From: Obrimoposthia wandeli
Taxonomy: Eukaryota
Assembly: GCA_977020255.1 (NCBI GenBank)
Contig: CDROCS010001673.1
Location: 310,001 to 374,000, forward strand
Length of the DNA stretch: 64,000 nt
Direction: 5' to 3'
A program made the position numbers and the translations under genes. Shown piece after piece: positions 12,161 to 25,167 of this stretch. The notes beneath the pieces were generated by a model that worked only from the letters and a program-made list of their open reading frames with translations, searched no databases and was not told the origin of the DNA. How positions within the stretch are numbered: position 1 is the stretch's first letter; every line of letters starts with the position of its first letter.

Positions 12161-15100
12161 GACTTAATTGGTGATCTAAACTAGTTTATTTCAATTACAA
12201 TCACCAAATCTCCGCTTACCAAATTTCTTTGTCGATTCCGCTCAGTTGACCTGGTATATTGATTTCTCTGCGATTTTGCTTTTTTTGTTCACTGGGTAGA
12301 AGATCTCAGCGACTTATATAGTCGACTGTTTGATTGGCAACACTTGAGTCCAACGTGAGTCCGGGCTAGGCGGCAGCTGCTAAATTGACTCAATTTAATT
12401 CTATTGCACGTAAATGTGCTTACTTTTGATTTTCTGCTGACGTTCGTAGATTTTCTTTCTGCTGACGTTAGCAGATTTCTAAATTGTTCCCTTTTTGCAC
12501 TTTTGGGGTAATTAATTCTAACCTTATATATCACACACTATACACGACCTTCGTGGTCCTCCTAATATTTATCTTAATTTCCATAATTTTTGTTTTGAAT
12601 TTTAAAATTAATATTTTAATTTAATTTTCAACCTTGCTTTCAAGGATTTTTATTTTAGTATAAAATCGACTAATTATTTTAATTTCCTAATTCCTAAACC
12701 TAACAAATCTATCACTGTCAGTGCTAATTTCCAACAACCGATAAACCTGAGCATTATAAGCAAAAATATGGCATTGGATGCTGTTTATGAATCGGAAAAC
12801 TTTCTAAAACTGAAATATGCCTAACTTAACCCACTATATGTAAACATTTTTGCAAATGGGAAGGTGTTATAATTGAATTAGTATGGTTACAAAACAAAAA
12901 CCAAATTGTATTTCTTTATTATAAATATCAAATTATCGATGTCTTCTTTAAACTAGAAACAAATGTCTTCTTTAAACTAGAAACAAATTATTAAACTATT
13001 TTCTAAATTAGTCATAGTTATATCAAAATGGAAAACTGTGTCAAATTTGTGGACTATAATAAAATGAGAATTTTAACTTCAATAATTTTATTTAACATTT
13101 TTCTGTCAACATCTGCTTTCATATAAAAGTGCAAGTGCACATATAAAATGCAGTACGGTAAAGTGTCCAATAGCAAATTGGGTTGTAGCTGTTGTTATAG
13201 ACACACAAACCCAGTCTCCACGATGCACCATTATTGATCCAGTCTCTCTGCCAGTCATGTGTCTCTGTTTGCACACAAACACGCAGTAGACTGCCACTGT
13301 TGATAGAAGAGAAAACAGGACTGCATCCGGAGAAGGTGGTCTGGACAGCGGAGGTTGCCGAGCGATGAAGGTGTGGAAAGAGGTTCGGAGCTCTGATTCT
13401 CGAGCCAAGGCAGATCGCGATAGTGTAGGGCGGCTCTGTACAACCTGGACGACTTTGTGCAGGTAAGTGTTTTTCCTCTTTTAATCTATTTTTCTTTTTT
13501 CTCTGACTTCGCGGGAATTTTGCCCACCGCGAAGCCAAAGATAAATCTGCCGTCCTCCTGACGAGACTGGCACGGCAAAACCGGTTAAGCCGGTCGGGGA
13601 CTGACAAAAAGAGATAACCAAAAATGCCAAAGTGCATTTTAAAATTCACCTCACTAACAATTTCTATAATTAAGGAAATTGATCAATTAAAAATTGCCCT
13701 CAAAATATTCTTAACATGTAAAACATTTTAAAGAAATTCCTTCTTCTTAATTCTGTGTCAAAAATATTTAATAGTTAAAATAACTAAAAATATAGGAAAA
13801 ATAAGCCAATTTTATAATGAATAAAATATTCTAATAATTTAAAATATACTCTTTGATGCATAAAATTAAACAAAATAACATTTAAACGGTTTGCATACAT
13901 CTAATTTGTTAAAAACTGTTGGCCATGGAGTTATTTGAACTATTAATCGAATACATATACTGATTTAAGATTTAAGCACATTCATATTGTAAATTCTGTA
14001 AGTTGGTGTACATACGAATACAACATATCATTCTCAACAAAGGTGATTTAGTAGATTGAGTAGAAAACGAATATTTGATTGGTACAATTTTGTCTCGTAA
14101 TTCTTTCTACTTAAATTTAACAAAAAGGTCTTCGAATAAATTTTGAAAACGGTTAGGATTGTGAAAGTCCCTTTACATATATACGATATTCCATTTTTGT
14201 ATATTTATGTTTATATAAAACATTGTTTTTAAATATGGTTAAAAGCGCTTATAAAATTACGATAAAAATAATAATTTTTTTGAATATCTATTAAACAAAA
14301 TATAAAATTAAAAATTCAGAAAAATAATTAGTCACCATTTGTTTATTACATAAAGTTTGTTATAAAAGCTTTTAATTTACAGTTTAAAGGTTAAATAATT
14401 TATTATTTCAAAGAATTGAAGTCGCAGAACAAATTTAAATTACGTCTGACAAAATATGTAACAGCTTTCATTCAAGTAAAATGTGTTTATTCTGTGTATT
14501 CCGTCGACATCGATTAATAACAATTATGTAACCAATCCAATCGCGATTAAGCAAACTACTTTCAAAATTTGCTAAATCACACAAATTTTAACTGAATTTC
14601 AATTGGTGTTTGTCACATGAAGCAATACAAATAGATTGTCATGACAATAGGTGATAAAGATCTGAAATCGTTATCCAGAGAATCCATATAGCAAATATTC
14701 GACAAAGTGCAACACAATTATCGATTGGACAATGAAGTGTGTAATTTTATTGATCACCCTTATCGGAATTTCTCAGCTCCCATTATCTGCTGGCAGTGAA
14801 TTCTGTAATGGGAGGTAAAATATTATTATTTTTGTCGTTTATGTGTTGTATTAGAACTTTTATCGCTCGATTAATATAGAGAAACAATAGTTAAACCTCA
14901 ATTAATCTTTTAAATTGGTGTACTCATTTAATTTGCAAATCATACATCATAACATGTGTATCTACATAAAGCCAGAATTTTCGATAATTCACGAGACCTT
15001 TTTATATATTTATATAATTTCTCACAAAAAAGATTTTGTACTTTTTAATCACAAACTTATCTAAATCAAACTGGTATTTATGACATATAGATACAATTTA

Positions 15101-17236
15101 AAAACAAGAAATTATTATGAAGATTATGAAAATTCTAATGATTAAAATGTTAAATTACGACCCAAGTGTTTACTATTAATATCTTTGGAGATTTTATTTA
15201 GAAATTCAATTACATTTTCTCAAAAAGTAATAGTAATAGCAGTAAGTGGAATTTATAATATATTATACTAAATTAATTAGAAACTTAAAGATTATTTAGT
15301 TAAAATATACATTAAAACGGAAGAATTAAATTAAAAATGCATTAATGTTGATTTCAGTAATCAAGCGTAGGTTTATTCCAGTTACATGTGTCATTCAAAT
15401 TCATGTATTGTACAAATTGATTATTATAAAAGATAGGGAGTTATCAATTGTTCATAAAGAACTAGATTTTCACTTGTAATATAGGGGAAATTTGTTCTAC
15501 ATCTTCTTATAATACAGTTGGAATTTTAAAGCGTCTTAATATTAAACATAAATTTTCTTTTTATAGTGAGTGGTGAAGATGTTTACTTTGAGAAAGAATT
15601 TCCTTTTAATCATTTTGTTTTAAATTTAATGTCATTTTTAAGTAAATATAATTTTAGTAACATTAATTAACCAAAATATGACTTTTATATTTGTATAGTA
15701 TTTAGCGATTTTTTTATTCAACGTAAAACAAGCATGTTTGTACAGATATTTTAACATTTCAATACTAAACTTTAAAATTTATTTAAGTTGATATTACTGG
15801 TATTGTTTATTACCCAATAATTAAATAAATTTTCGATATATTACCGAAAATAATTAAGAAGTTAATTTGATCAAATTTAAGTCACCATGTTGGAGTTTGA
15901 TAAATGTTTCATTTTCGTTATTAAATTCGTAGCCTAACAATATAAACAAAACTATTTTTAGTAAATTATTTTGTTTTATTCAAATAACTTATTGTTCTTT
16001 TGTTGTATTTATTATCAATCGTAACTTGACACATCTGAATATTAAAATTAACAATTTAAAAAAAAAAAATTATAAGGTGTAAAATGTAAAATCTTATTTT
16101 TTAAAAACAAGATCAAATTAATTTTGTTTAATGCTTTTAAATAGTCAAAATGTCAAATAAAAGTTGTTCTGAAAAAATCATTTTCTTCAATAAATAAATA
16201 AGTTACACTTTTTTATATACATTAAAAAAGTTTATAATTTTAGTGCTCTTGAATGAGAAATGTATAAACTAAATTCCTATTGTTTTATCTTTCGTCTTAA
16301 TGCAATGATTTTCAGTACAAGGTTTAGATTTGATCTACTTTTCATAAACCTTTTCAGCGATTTTTTGAATAAAAGTTTATATTGCAATTATTTCAAAATT
16401 TTCATAGTAAAATTAAGTTAAGATTGAATGATATTATATTTTTAAAAAAATCAGATATCAGGTGTTATGAAGAGTAGATTTTGACATTTTTGATAGAACA
16501 TTCATAATGAATAAAAAAAAAAAATCATCGCTAAAATTTGAAATATATATTCATAAAACTTTCAAAAGATTAATCTTAAAAGAATAATGTAAACTTTCTG
16601 TATATTCCTCGCTAATAGTATGAAGGTTATTTCAGAAACAAATTGTGGTTTATTATAAATTTGCAATAAAAAAACAGTTACATCATAATCCACATTCAGA
16701 ATTTTTTATCGAGAAAGATTACGAGCTGTGATGGTAGAATGCGCAACTGGTAAATAGTGTGACTCGTAGTTCAATTTACAGATTGCAGCAACCAATATTT
16801 TCCTTGAACCCAAAAATAGATTTTTTGAGCAGACCAAGAAATAAATATATATATATATATATATAATTTATTTTGAAATTGGAAATTTTAAAATAGTTGT
16901 CTATAGAACAAAGCAATACAAGTATCAAGTTTATTATGTTTCGTAAATTTGTTCTTTTTCTTTTATTTTTGTAAGATAATTATTATAATATCAGAGTTAG
17001 GATAAAAAAAGGTTAACAGACTTTCGATGTAATGACTTATCTGTGTAATAATACTTTACTATATTTTTGTCGGTTCTTACATTTGAGTTTTGAAAATAAG
17101 ATTGAACCTCTGAATTTTGTCGAACTTTGATGAAATAATGATAAATAATTTAATTGTTTCTCTTGATAGCGATTTGAGGAACATAATGAAGGCTCTTTGA
17201 CTTGATATGTGTTGTTTATAAATTGTCTTATCTTAG

Positions 17237-17675
17237 AAATTCGCTGTGTGAAGATTATTGCTGTCCTGGTAACATATGCTGCTCGGACTGCTCTCGCAGT
17301 ATCGTGACCCCCTAGTACCAGTGTTTTAGCGGCATCACAGGGAGTATGGTCGCCATAGTAATTGTGTCTGTGGTGGTCCCAATCATCATAATAGTGCTAA
17401 TCATTTGTTGCTGTTGCGGCTGCATATGTACGCAATTCACTGGCCGACATCGGTACCAAGGTCGTGTCATCCAGCCACAGTGGGCCTCTGTCGTCGGCCC
17501 GACACCTTACCCCCCCGGCTACCAGGCAGGCTGCCCTCAGCCGTCTGGCCAGCAACAGCAACAGGAGCCCTACTACCAGCAGCAGCAGCCTCACTACCAG
17601 CAGCAGCAGCAATACCAATATCAGGATAAACCCCAATTCCAGCAATCCAGCGCACCCCCGCCATACAACTCTTGA
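17237..17675 (+). pseudogene. Shisa/CYYR1/WBP1-like single-pass membrane protein exon (Cys-rich ectodomain, TM, CCCC, Pro/Gln tail with PPPY); in-frame TAG at 17313-17315
   Basis: After acceptor TCTTAG: NSLCEDYCCPGNICCSDCSRSIVTP*YQCFSGITGSMVAIVIVSVVVPIIIIVLIICCCCGCIC...PTPYPPGY...SAPPPYNS. Confidence 0.65.
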
Positions 17676-18644
17676 AGATATGCGATGTGGCAATGACATA
17701 TATCTTCTCATTTCATGGTTGTATTAATTCCTTAAGGGAGTTCCAAATGGTTTAAACTGTTAACCATATTTTACAAATCTTTTGAAATATTGAACTTTCT
17801 ATTTAACAAAAACATGATTTTCTGGTTGACCCTTTCATGCCCATGTGAAACAATTGGACAATTTTGAAATCCAGTTTTGATGATCTGATTGTAGGAATAT
17901 AAAAAACTCAGGGATAGGCATACTATGAGACGTGGGGTAAATTTCAAGAGACGCAACGGAATTATTTCAATTTGTAAAATAAGTAAAATTGCTATAACTG
18001 CTATTTGCAGCCAAGTCAGTCAAAATATGGACAAACAATACGTAGTTTCAAGTCAAGAATAAAAACTGTTCCTGTGGAAAGATTCCCGAGGAAAATAATT
18101 TACTCAAACAACCAAACGTTGATTTGGCTTCTTAATTCTGGTCTAAGATCTGTTGGAAGATGATACGCTGTTTGCTTGACGACCATCAAACCACGATTGG
18201 AATAAATTTAAAATTCACTTTTCCTATTACTAAAGATACGAATCTCTTCCTGACTTATAAATGAAGGTTCTTCAGACACCGGCATTTCATAACCTGCATT
18301 TTTATATAATTTTCTTGAATAATCTACCTCTAAAAGGAACACTGTTACAAATTAGACTCATCATTTAATTAAATAAAAAAATATCCATCAACTTTTAGAC
18401 TCACGGTATTTGGACAAAGTTTGGAATAAAACGAATAATGAAATTCATCACTTTCTTTGACAACTATTTTTCTCTATATGGATGGTGCTTTTTGTAACAT
18501 TAACATTTTCATTAAACAAAATGTTTTATGTAAAAAGTTAAAATATAATAAGATTAATTATTTTTTTTATTATTTATTTACCGTTTTTTTCCAGTTCATA
18601 AGTTGCACTTAAAAAGCTTTATTTTCCTCTCAAATCAGCAAAAT

Positions 18645-19460
18645 GCCTTATAATCCGGTGCTCCTTATGTATGAAAGAAGTTATTGATTCTTATTATACT
18701 CTTTGAAACGAGTGAACAAAATGTCACGTGATTTAAAAGTGCATTATATTATTATTTCTATTTTTAAGAGGAAAACAATGCCAAAGAAAACTTATCTTAC
18801 TGGCGTCATTGTAAAAGTCGACTCAATAGGCTGAGAGAAGCTTACATCAAGAGACCATGTGGTTTTTTTCATACATATCCATCCCTATTGATCTATGACT
18901 CGATGCGCGCTCATCTTAACAATACCATCAAATAACAAGTGAAGCAAACTTACTCCAAGCTCACCATCATTCCAGGAGGATTAACCAAAGAACTCCAACT
19001 GCTAGATATTAGTGTTAACAAGTCATTTAATGTTAAATTGTGAGCCACGAGGGAGCAGTGGATGACACAAGGTGAGCACATCTTTACCAAGACGGGAGAC
19101 AACGTCGAGCTAGTTACGCCACTATCTGCCAATGGATCGCTGATGCCTGGGACAAGGTATCAGTCTCATCTATCACCCGAGGTTTCGTGAAAGCAGAAAT
19201 CATCACTGGGCCGCCAGGTAACAGCGCCGATTCTGACACAGATGATTATGTGGATCCAACCATGCCTGATGTCGAAATTACCCAACATCTAAACTCAGAT
19301 ACAGAGGATGAAGACTTTGATGTGTCTGTGGATGAAGAAGAACTGGAATAAAGTGACATTGACAATTTTGTGTAGTTATTTATGTACCTATTTTTAAAGT
19401 ATATACCTAATAAAAGTGTTTGAAATGCGCATGGTGCGTCGTATGGTCTCAAAAATGCGG
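18645..19460 (+). mobile_element. Internally deleted pogo (Tc1/mariner, DDE_1) DNA transposon
   Basis: IYDSMRAHL...IIPGGLTKELQLLDISVNKSF...WMTQGEHIFTKTG/RQRRASYATICQWIADAW. Right TIR GGTGCGTCGTATGGTCTCAAAAATGCGG followed by TA. Confidence 0.9.
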
Positions 19461-20199
19461 TATGTGATATTATTGCTCATCAGTGCGATATTTTAATAAT
19501 TTCAACAGGGTCTTCAAGTATTTATCAAAATATTTAAAATCTAACAATTTTTTTCAAGATTTACCGTGCAAACATAAACACTATCACGTGCCAAACGTGC
19601 CAAATTTTTCAAATAATTGCCATGTGACTTCTCTCTTGAGATTATAAACAGAAAAGTGAGAAACCTAAGAAAACACATTTTGCCCTGGTTGTTCATTAAA
19701 AGTTATATCTTTTAAATTTGCTCTGATGGTAAAGTCCCTATATTATTTGAGAAAAATCTTCCTAATCTAAATTTGCAATACTTTCATAAATAATTCCATT
19801 AAATAATTAATTATTTTAGCAAGTTGTAAGCCGCAATTTTCTCCCGATTAACATTATTATAAACCGTATAATCTATTAATTAAAAAGTATTTTCAGTTTG
19901 CATACACAATTTTTAACTTGTACTGTTACCATCAGACTCATCCAGCAGTTGACCTAGTTATTGCTGACGTAGCGATAAACAATCACGCAAAACTCGAGGT
20001 AGCATTGAAAGAAAGATAAATTTAATTTTATACGACATTTTATTAAAAAATTTATCAAAAAATAAAAAATATAAATACAAATTTAAAATTTAATGAAATA
20101 ATAAAACAAATATTCATTACATTTAAATATTTTCACATATTTACCTTTGTTTACCTTTGTTTAGGTCCCGAATCAGACGAATTAAAGGAAAAATATTAA

Positions 20200-20700
20200 A
20201 TTAAATGTCTAACATTTATAGTCCTGGCCAAAGACATTTCATAGCCCTGAAGATTAAATTAAAATGAATACATTATTAAAAAGGGAACAATTTAAGAAAA
20301 GTTAGGAATTTCCTTAGAAATAATGAAAAATAATTAGTCTCAGGTGAATTCTAAGTCAACAGTTATAAGTCAGCTGAGACACCACAACAACCAGAAAGGA
20401 ATTTGTCTCAGCCTATAAAACAGAGAATTGGATCAGCAAACCAGTAGAAAATTCTTGGAAATTTGATTTGACGAGGGAATTTATAAGAAAAGAGTACCTG
20501 ATTTGGGACATTACAATAGCAAGAATCGAAAGAAGAGACAAAGAAGAGAATCAGCCGATTTTCTCCCAAAATCGAAGCCGCAGTTTGAACACAATTTTGA
20601 AGACAGTCTCGGACCAGATACTGACAAAAGGAAATCGAAAAGAAAGACACTCACACCGAACGAAGAAGGACGACTCAACGAATATCAACGACAATCGATT
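20200..20700 (+). repeat. Dispersed repeat (family B, possibly LTR-derived); inverted homolog at about 43213-43700
   Basis: TTTATAGTCCTGGCCAAAGACATTT and AGTCAGCTGAGACACCAC match the reverse complement of 43480-43670. Confidence 0.5.
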
Positions 20701-21431
20701 TATCCACGGCAAATATCATAATTTATTGAAAAACTCATTAATGTATCATTTTTTATCTAGATGTTTATTTTATAATTTTTAAACTTCCTTTATTTTTTAT
20801 AATTTATTTTAAATTAAATAAATCTGAAGCAAGTTTATTATTCATGTCTTCAAAAAATGGAATTCTATTTTTTAAAAATATTTCGTATATTCCTCGTAAA
20901 CATTTTTTTAATAACCTTAGCAATGAAGTGGCAATAATTTTAATAAATAAGTATATATATATATATATATATAAATTTGAGTAGTATGAGATGTCATGTT
21001 GGGCGTGCTTCTTTGTATGTGCTCTTCATATTTTATGTAATAAGAACCTATGAATGAATATTATGTGTTATTTGTTCGACATAAAAAGTTCATTAATTAA
21101 CCATTTAAAAGTAGATATTTTAATTTTGTTAGTTTGTGGCCATTTCGGACTGTTTTAAATTGAGTTATTTTTTAGAATAACAAGTGCTTAGTGATTTGAG
21201 TTTCTCCTGATCTGATTATGACATGCAGGTAAGCTGGAACTGGATTAGAGAGGACTAACAGCACTTCCCAATTACAGACTATGACAACAGCTGATCTTTC
21301 AGCTGACAGGTGTGAATTGCTTGCCGATTATGAGTAGAGTCGAGACCACTCAACAAGTTTGTGCGTAGACATGCGTGACTAGGTGGTGATGCTTATCGAA
21401 CGTGCAAAGATGTTTTGCAAGTTTTTTATAG

Positions 21432-22384
21432 TGTTGGGGTGTTATTTTAAATAAAATCCTCGTATGGAGGCCCCCAACGTAAGTTCTGTAGCAGTAGGGC
21501 ATACAGATAAATGTGGCCTACCTGAACTAGTCTCTGAAAGTTTTGTGATGTGTCAATGAATTTTGTGTAAGATAAACGTAGAAGTCCCTAAAACTATTGT
21601 AGTGTGGTGTGGGGCTAAACAATAAGGTAGTTAGGCTGAATTTTAAATTAATTCAAAAATAATCTGGCAAAGCCAAGACTAAAATATAGACAAAATTAGG
21701 CCGGACTTAATCGATGCTGACGGTAACCTTTTGAATATGCCAGGGCTTTAGCTAGTGTCTCATGGATTAATTCTTGGCTCTAAATTGTAGTAATGTAATT
21801 CCTCACAATTATATTGTGGTTTCGTTTCCTATGATTCTGTAAGGTTTCTAGTCGGTTTTCTATTCGTCTTCTGTCGTCTTCCTTGTCCATTTGCACTCTT
21901 AGTTTCCGATGTAATTTCGCTTCCAACTTGATTATTCAAGTATTATCTCTGTGGTTGCTATATCAGCCTCGTCAATTACCTAAATTCTGCATTTTACAAT
22001 GCAGTGTAATTACTTAAATACCAATATTGATCGGCCGGATGTTTACAGCTGAGATGTCGCTCGTCATTTCGTCGTCGATGCGAAGTTTTTGCAGTTTCAC
22101 CACTGGTACGACTTTTCCGCTTGTTACCGGATGCTGTGAATTTTCACAGTTTTCTCGATATTCAATATTTTTAAAAAATAAGTGTTTTTAGCCTTTTTAC
22201 ATGTTACCTTTGGTTATAAACACATTCATTCTCATGACCTTTGAAGGTCCTAATCCACTTAGTTTTTAAAGTTAAATCATTATTTTGATTTCGATTTTAA
22301 TTTTATAACCTTCACTGGGAAGATTATTCCTTGACTGTAAATATTCATTTTATTATTTTATTCTGCACTTTCCTTATTCTAACA
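21432..22384 (-). mobile_element. Solo LTR, family A short variant (953 bp, no minisatellite)
   Basis: TGTTGGGG...TCTAACA termini; TSD ATAG on both sides; GGACCTTCAAAGGTCAT block and a GAACTTACGTTGGGGGCC variant. Confidence 0.88.
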
Positions 22385-22804
22385 ATAGCACGAGCCTTTA
22401 CCAACTATTTAGATATTTTATGCTTTATAAGTGAGTTGACTTCTATGTAAGAAAATGAGAATTTTACATTTAATAGAAAAAAAGCTAAATAAAACACTTA
22501 ACAAAATATAAGTAGAAACTATCTAAAATTCTGATTTTCAGTAGGTATTAACTTTAAAAGTATTTTAGAAATCTTTATAATTAAACAAACTTGAAGTGTA
22601 TATGTTTAAAATTGCGGATTGTTAAGATAAAAGCTAAATGACAGTATAAAATATTTATCAATACAACAAATTCATTATTAATTTTAATGAAAAAATAAAT
22701 TTTACAAATAAAAGGTTGTTTGGATATTCATTGAAAAGTTTTAAAAAATTCAAATTGTCAATTTCTAGTGTAAAGTTTTTTTTCTTTAGAAACAATCATT
22801 TATA

Positions 22805-23146
22805 ATGTTAACCGTTGTGAAATTGAGTTTAGCTTTATCAAGGCGTCTATTAATTCGTAAATTAATAAATATATTGCGATTTATTAGGGTTTTAGTTCCA
22901 GTTCGTGGACTTAGTTTGTCGCAGACGCTCTGCATCGAAGAAAAGAAAGAAGGAAATGAGTTCGAAGATAAATTCCGACGTGTAGTACCAAGAATGCTAT
23001 ACGAGCCGGTAACTGTGGATGAGAGTATAAACTATATGGGGTCAGATGCATACTTTCAAACGTACAAAGGCAAGCCGGTTTGGTTCTACTACCGTCGGAA
23101 CTTCAAGGGTCAAATGCCGCCATCACTAAATCGAAAGAATTGCACG
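22805..23146 (+). CDS. MRPS18B: Mitochondrial ribosomal protein S18B (mS40), exon 1
   Basis: Arg-rich presequence-like N-terminus; ESINYMGSDAYFQTYKGKPVWFYYRRNFKGQMPP...RKNC matches the mS40 Y..S..Y...YG..PVW..YRRN.KG..PP motif; phase-0 donor GTGAGA at 23147. Confidence 0.9.
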
Positions 23147-24419
23147 GTGAGAGGATCAAACCTGTCTTGTAACATTATAAACTGCAATTGGGATACTTAT
23201 TTAACCAAAATGAGCGATTTAAAGTTGTGCACTGACACTTCTTTGTGTTATCGATGGAAATACCATTACAGCAATTGTAAGGACCTTAACCTGATTGTTT
23301 TGGTTTAGATCTGCTCGATAGTTGATCACCTGCAGAAATTGTAGACAAAAAGTGCATCTAAATTCGCTTTTGTATTGAACACTGAAATTCGCATCAATTT
23401 TTGAGTAAAGTATCTCTTTCCTTTGGTATTGCGGTTGACGCCGAGGAAGATCCAACAATGTGCTCATGCATTCTTCAATTTACTTCTTTCTCATCTGGAA
23501 ACATATTACTCAACATTAGATTTAATACAGCATCAATTTATCGATAATCGTTGTCATTATTATTCAAAGAAGCTCCACAAATCAGCAACTTTGAGTAGTT
23601 AACTGCAGCTTAATTGTAAACAGAAACATTTTGCGATGTCTGAATTCTTCTATATTTTTACACTTTCTCTCTTTTATTGTCAAACTATAAACACAGTCTT
23701 CTTTCTTCTATGAAGATCTTTGAATTGCCAGTTCTCTATTATCGTTATTTCTTCTTATTTTACTTGATCTTGAAACATCGGTTGGAGACACTTTCAAACT
23801 ATACATTTTGAATGAATAAAATGATTTTATACTCTATTCGAACATTTATTGGCAACTAATATAGTTAAAATGTACAGTTCTTCGGCCCTGTTTTATTTTC
23901 TAGATCTAGTTCATAATTACTTGTAATCTGTCTAGGTAACGTTGTTTAAGATTGTATAATTATTCTTTGTGGAAGGGGCCTACAAGTGACAATAGCATTC
24001 ATTCGACAAGGTTAACATGGGAATCCATATAAAGTTTTTATCAAGTATCAGTTTCAAAATTTTGAATGCATCTTTTGTATAGATCTCATCGTTACTGACC
24101 TTAATGTAGTTTTCTAACTGTGATAATAACTTTAAGGAATAAGGAAAAATTTCAATGTTTAAAAACATTAATAGATGAATAATTAGTTCTATTTGTTAGC
24201 CTAGATTTTTCCCTGTGTAATTCTTTACTTCACACTAACTTCCTATAAGATAATTATCTGTAACTCCGTCACATTTGAAATGAATAACATAGTCGAGACG
24301 ACTTCAGGGCTGTATTTGTATTTTAAAATTCCTAAAAATCTTTTAAAATATGCAGTATATGGGAATTTAATTGAAAACATATATGATGAGACTTTACACG
24401 CCCTCGGCTTCCAATGCAG

Positions 24420-24491
24420 TATAAAGGACGAATCATGCACAAGAATGCCTGTCCAGTTTGTCGCGATAATCATATCGTTCTTAGTCATAAG
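24420..24491 (+). CDS. MRPS18B: MRPS18B exon 2 (72 nt)
   Basis: Acceptor TGCAG; YKGRIMHKNACPVCRDNHIVLSHK (the NPCPICRD motif); donor GTGTGT; phase 0/0. Confidence 0.9.
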
Positions 24492-24529
24492 GTGTGTACA
24501 TATGATTTTATGCCAGTGTGATGAATGGA

Positions 24530-24830
24530 GCATGTGTCAGTGTAGATGTGTGGAGCATGTGTAAGAATGAATAGGAAGCATGTAGATGTGTGGAGCATGT
24601 GTCAGAATGAATAGGGAGCATGTATATATCTGAATCATGTGGCAGTGTGGATGTGGAGCACCAAGCAGTATGAATGTGTGGAGCATGTCGCAGTGTGAAT
24701 GTGGAGCATGTGGCAGTGTGGATATGTGGAGCATGTGACAGTGTGGATGTGGAGAATCAAGCAGTATGAATGTGTGGAGCATGTGGCAGTATGAATGTGT
24801 GGAGCATGTGGATATGGAGTATGCACCAGT
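24530..24830. repeat. Degenerate minisatellite (ATGTGGAGCATGTG core) filling MRPS18B intron 2
   Basis: Many tandem variants are visible. Confidence 0.85.
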
Positions 24831-24873
24831 GCGGAGTATCTCGATGAAATCCCACCACTGATAAATTGTGCAG

Positions 24874-25167
24874 CACCTCGAGCTGCTGAGGCAGTTCCTG
24901 GACCCACACTCTGGAGAGCCCCTGCGGCCGGTGCAAGTAGGTTTATGTCAAGTGCAGTATCGACAGCTGCTGTTGTCAGTGGAGCTGGCCCGCCAACTGG
25001 GTCTTCTGCCGTGTGCCGTGCCTCTGCGCCTCTACGACTACCACGACTTCTACCCCGAATCTAGTCTGCAGTCTCTAGATGGTCTCTACTCTCCCCGATC
25101 CGATCGACCCCTCGCGGTGAGTTCTCTGGCTATTGGCCCCATCAGTGACTGTGTCTCATTATATTGA
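24874..25167 (+). CDS. MRPS18B: MRPS18B exon 3 (to stop); spliced product about 235 aa
   Basis: Acceptor GTGCAG; HLELLRQFLDPHSGE...GLCQVQYRQLLLSVELARQLGLL..VPLRLYDYHDFY is the S18 domain C-terminus. Confidence 0.9.
   Translation, partial: HLELLRQFLDPHSGEPLRPVQVGLCQVQYRQLLLSVELARQLGLLPCAVPLRLYDYHDFYPESSLQSLDGLYSPRSDRPLAVSSLAIGPISDCVSLY

Larger units (their letters stand above)
10731..12705 (-). mobile_element. Solo LTR, family A (1975 bp)
   Basis: TGTTGGGG at 10731 and CCTAACA ending 12705; TSD AATC on both sides; same conserved blocks as 3247-4978. Confidence 0.92.

Noticed and set aside
23219-23800. Possible gag/protease relic in MRPS18B intron 1
   Set aside because: Too degenerate; no catalytic motif could be confirmed.
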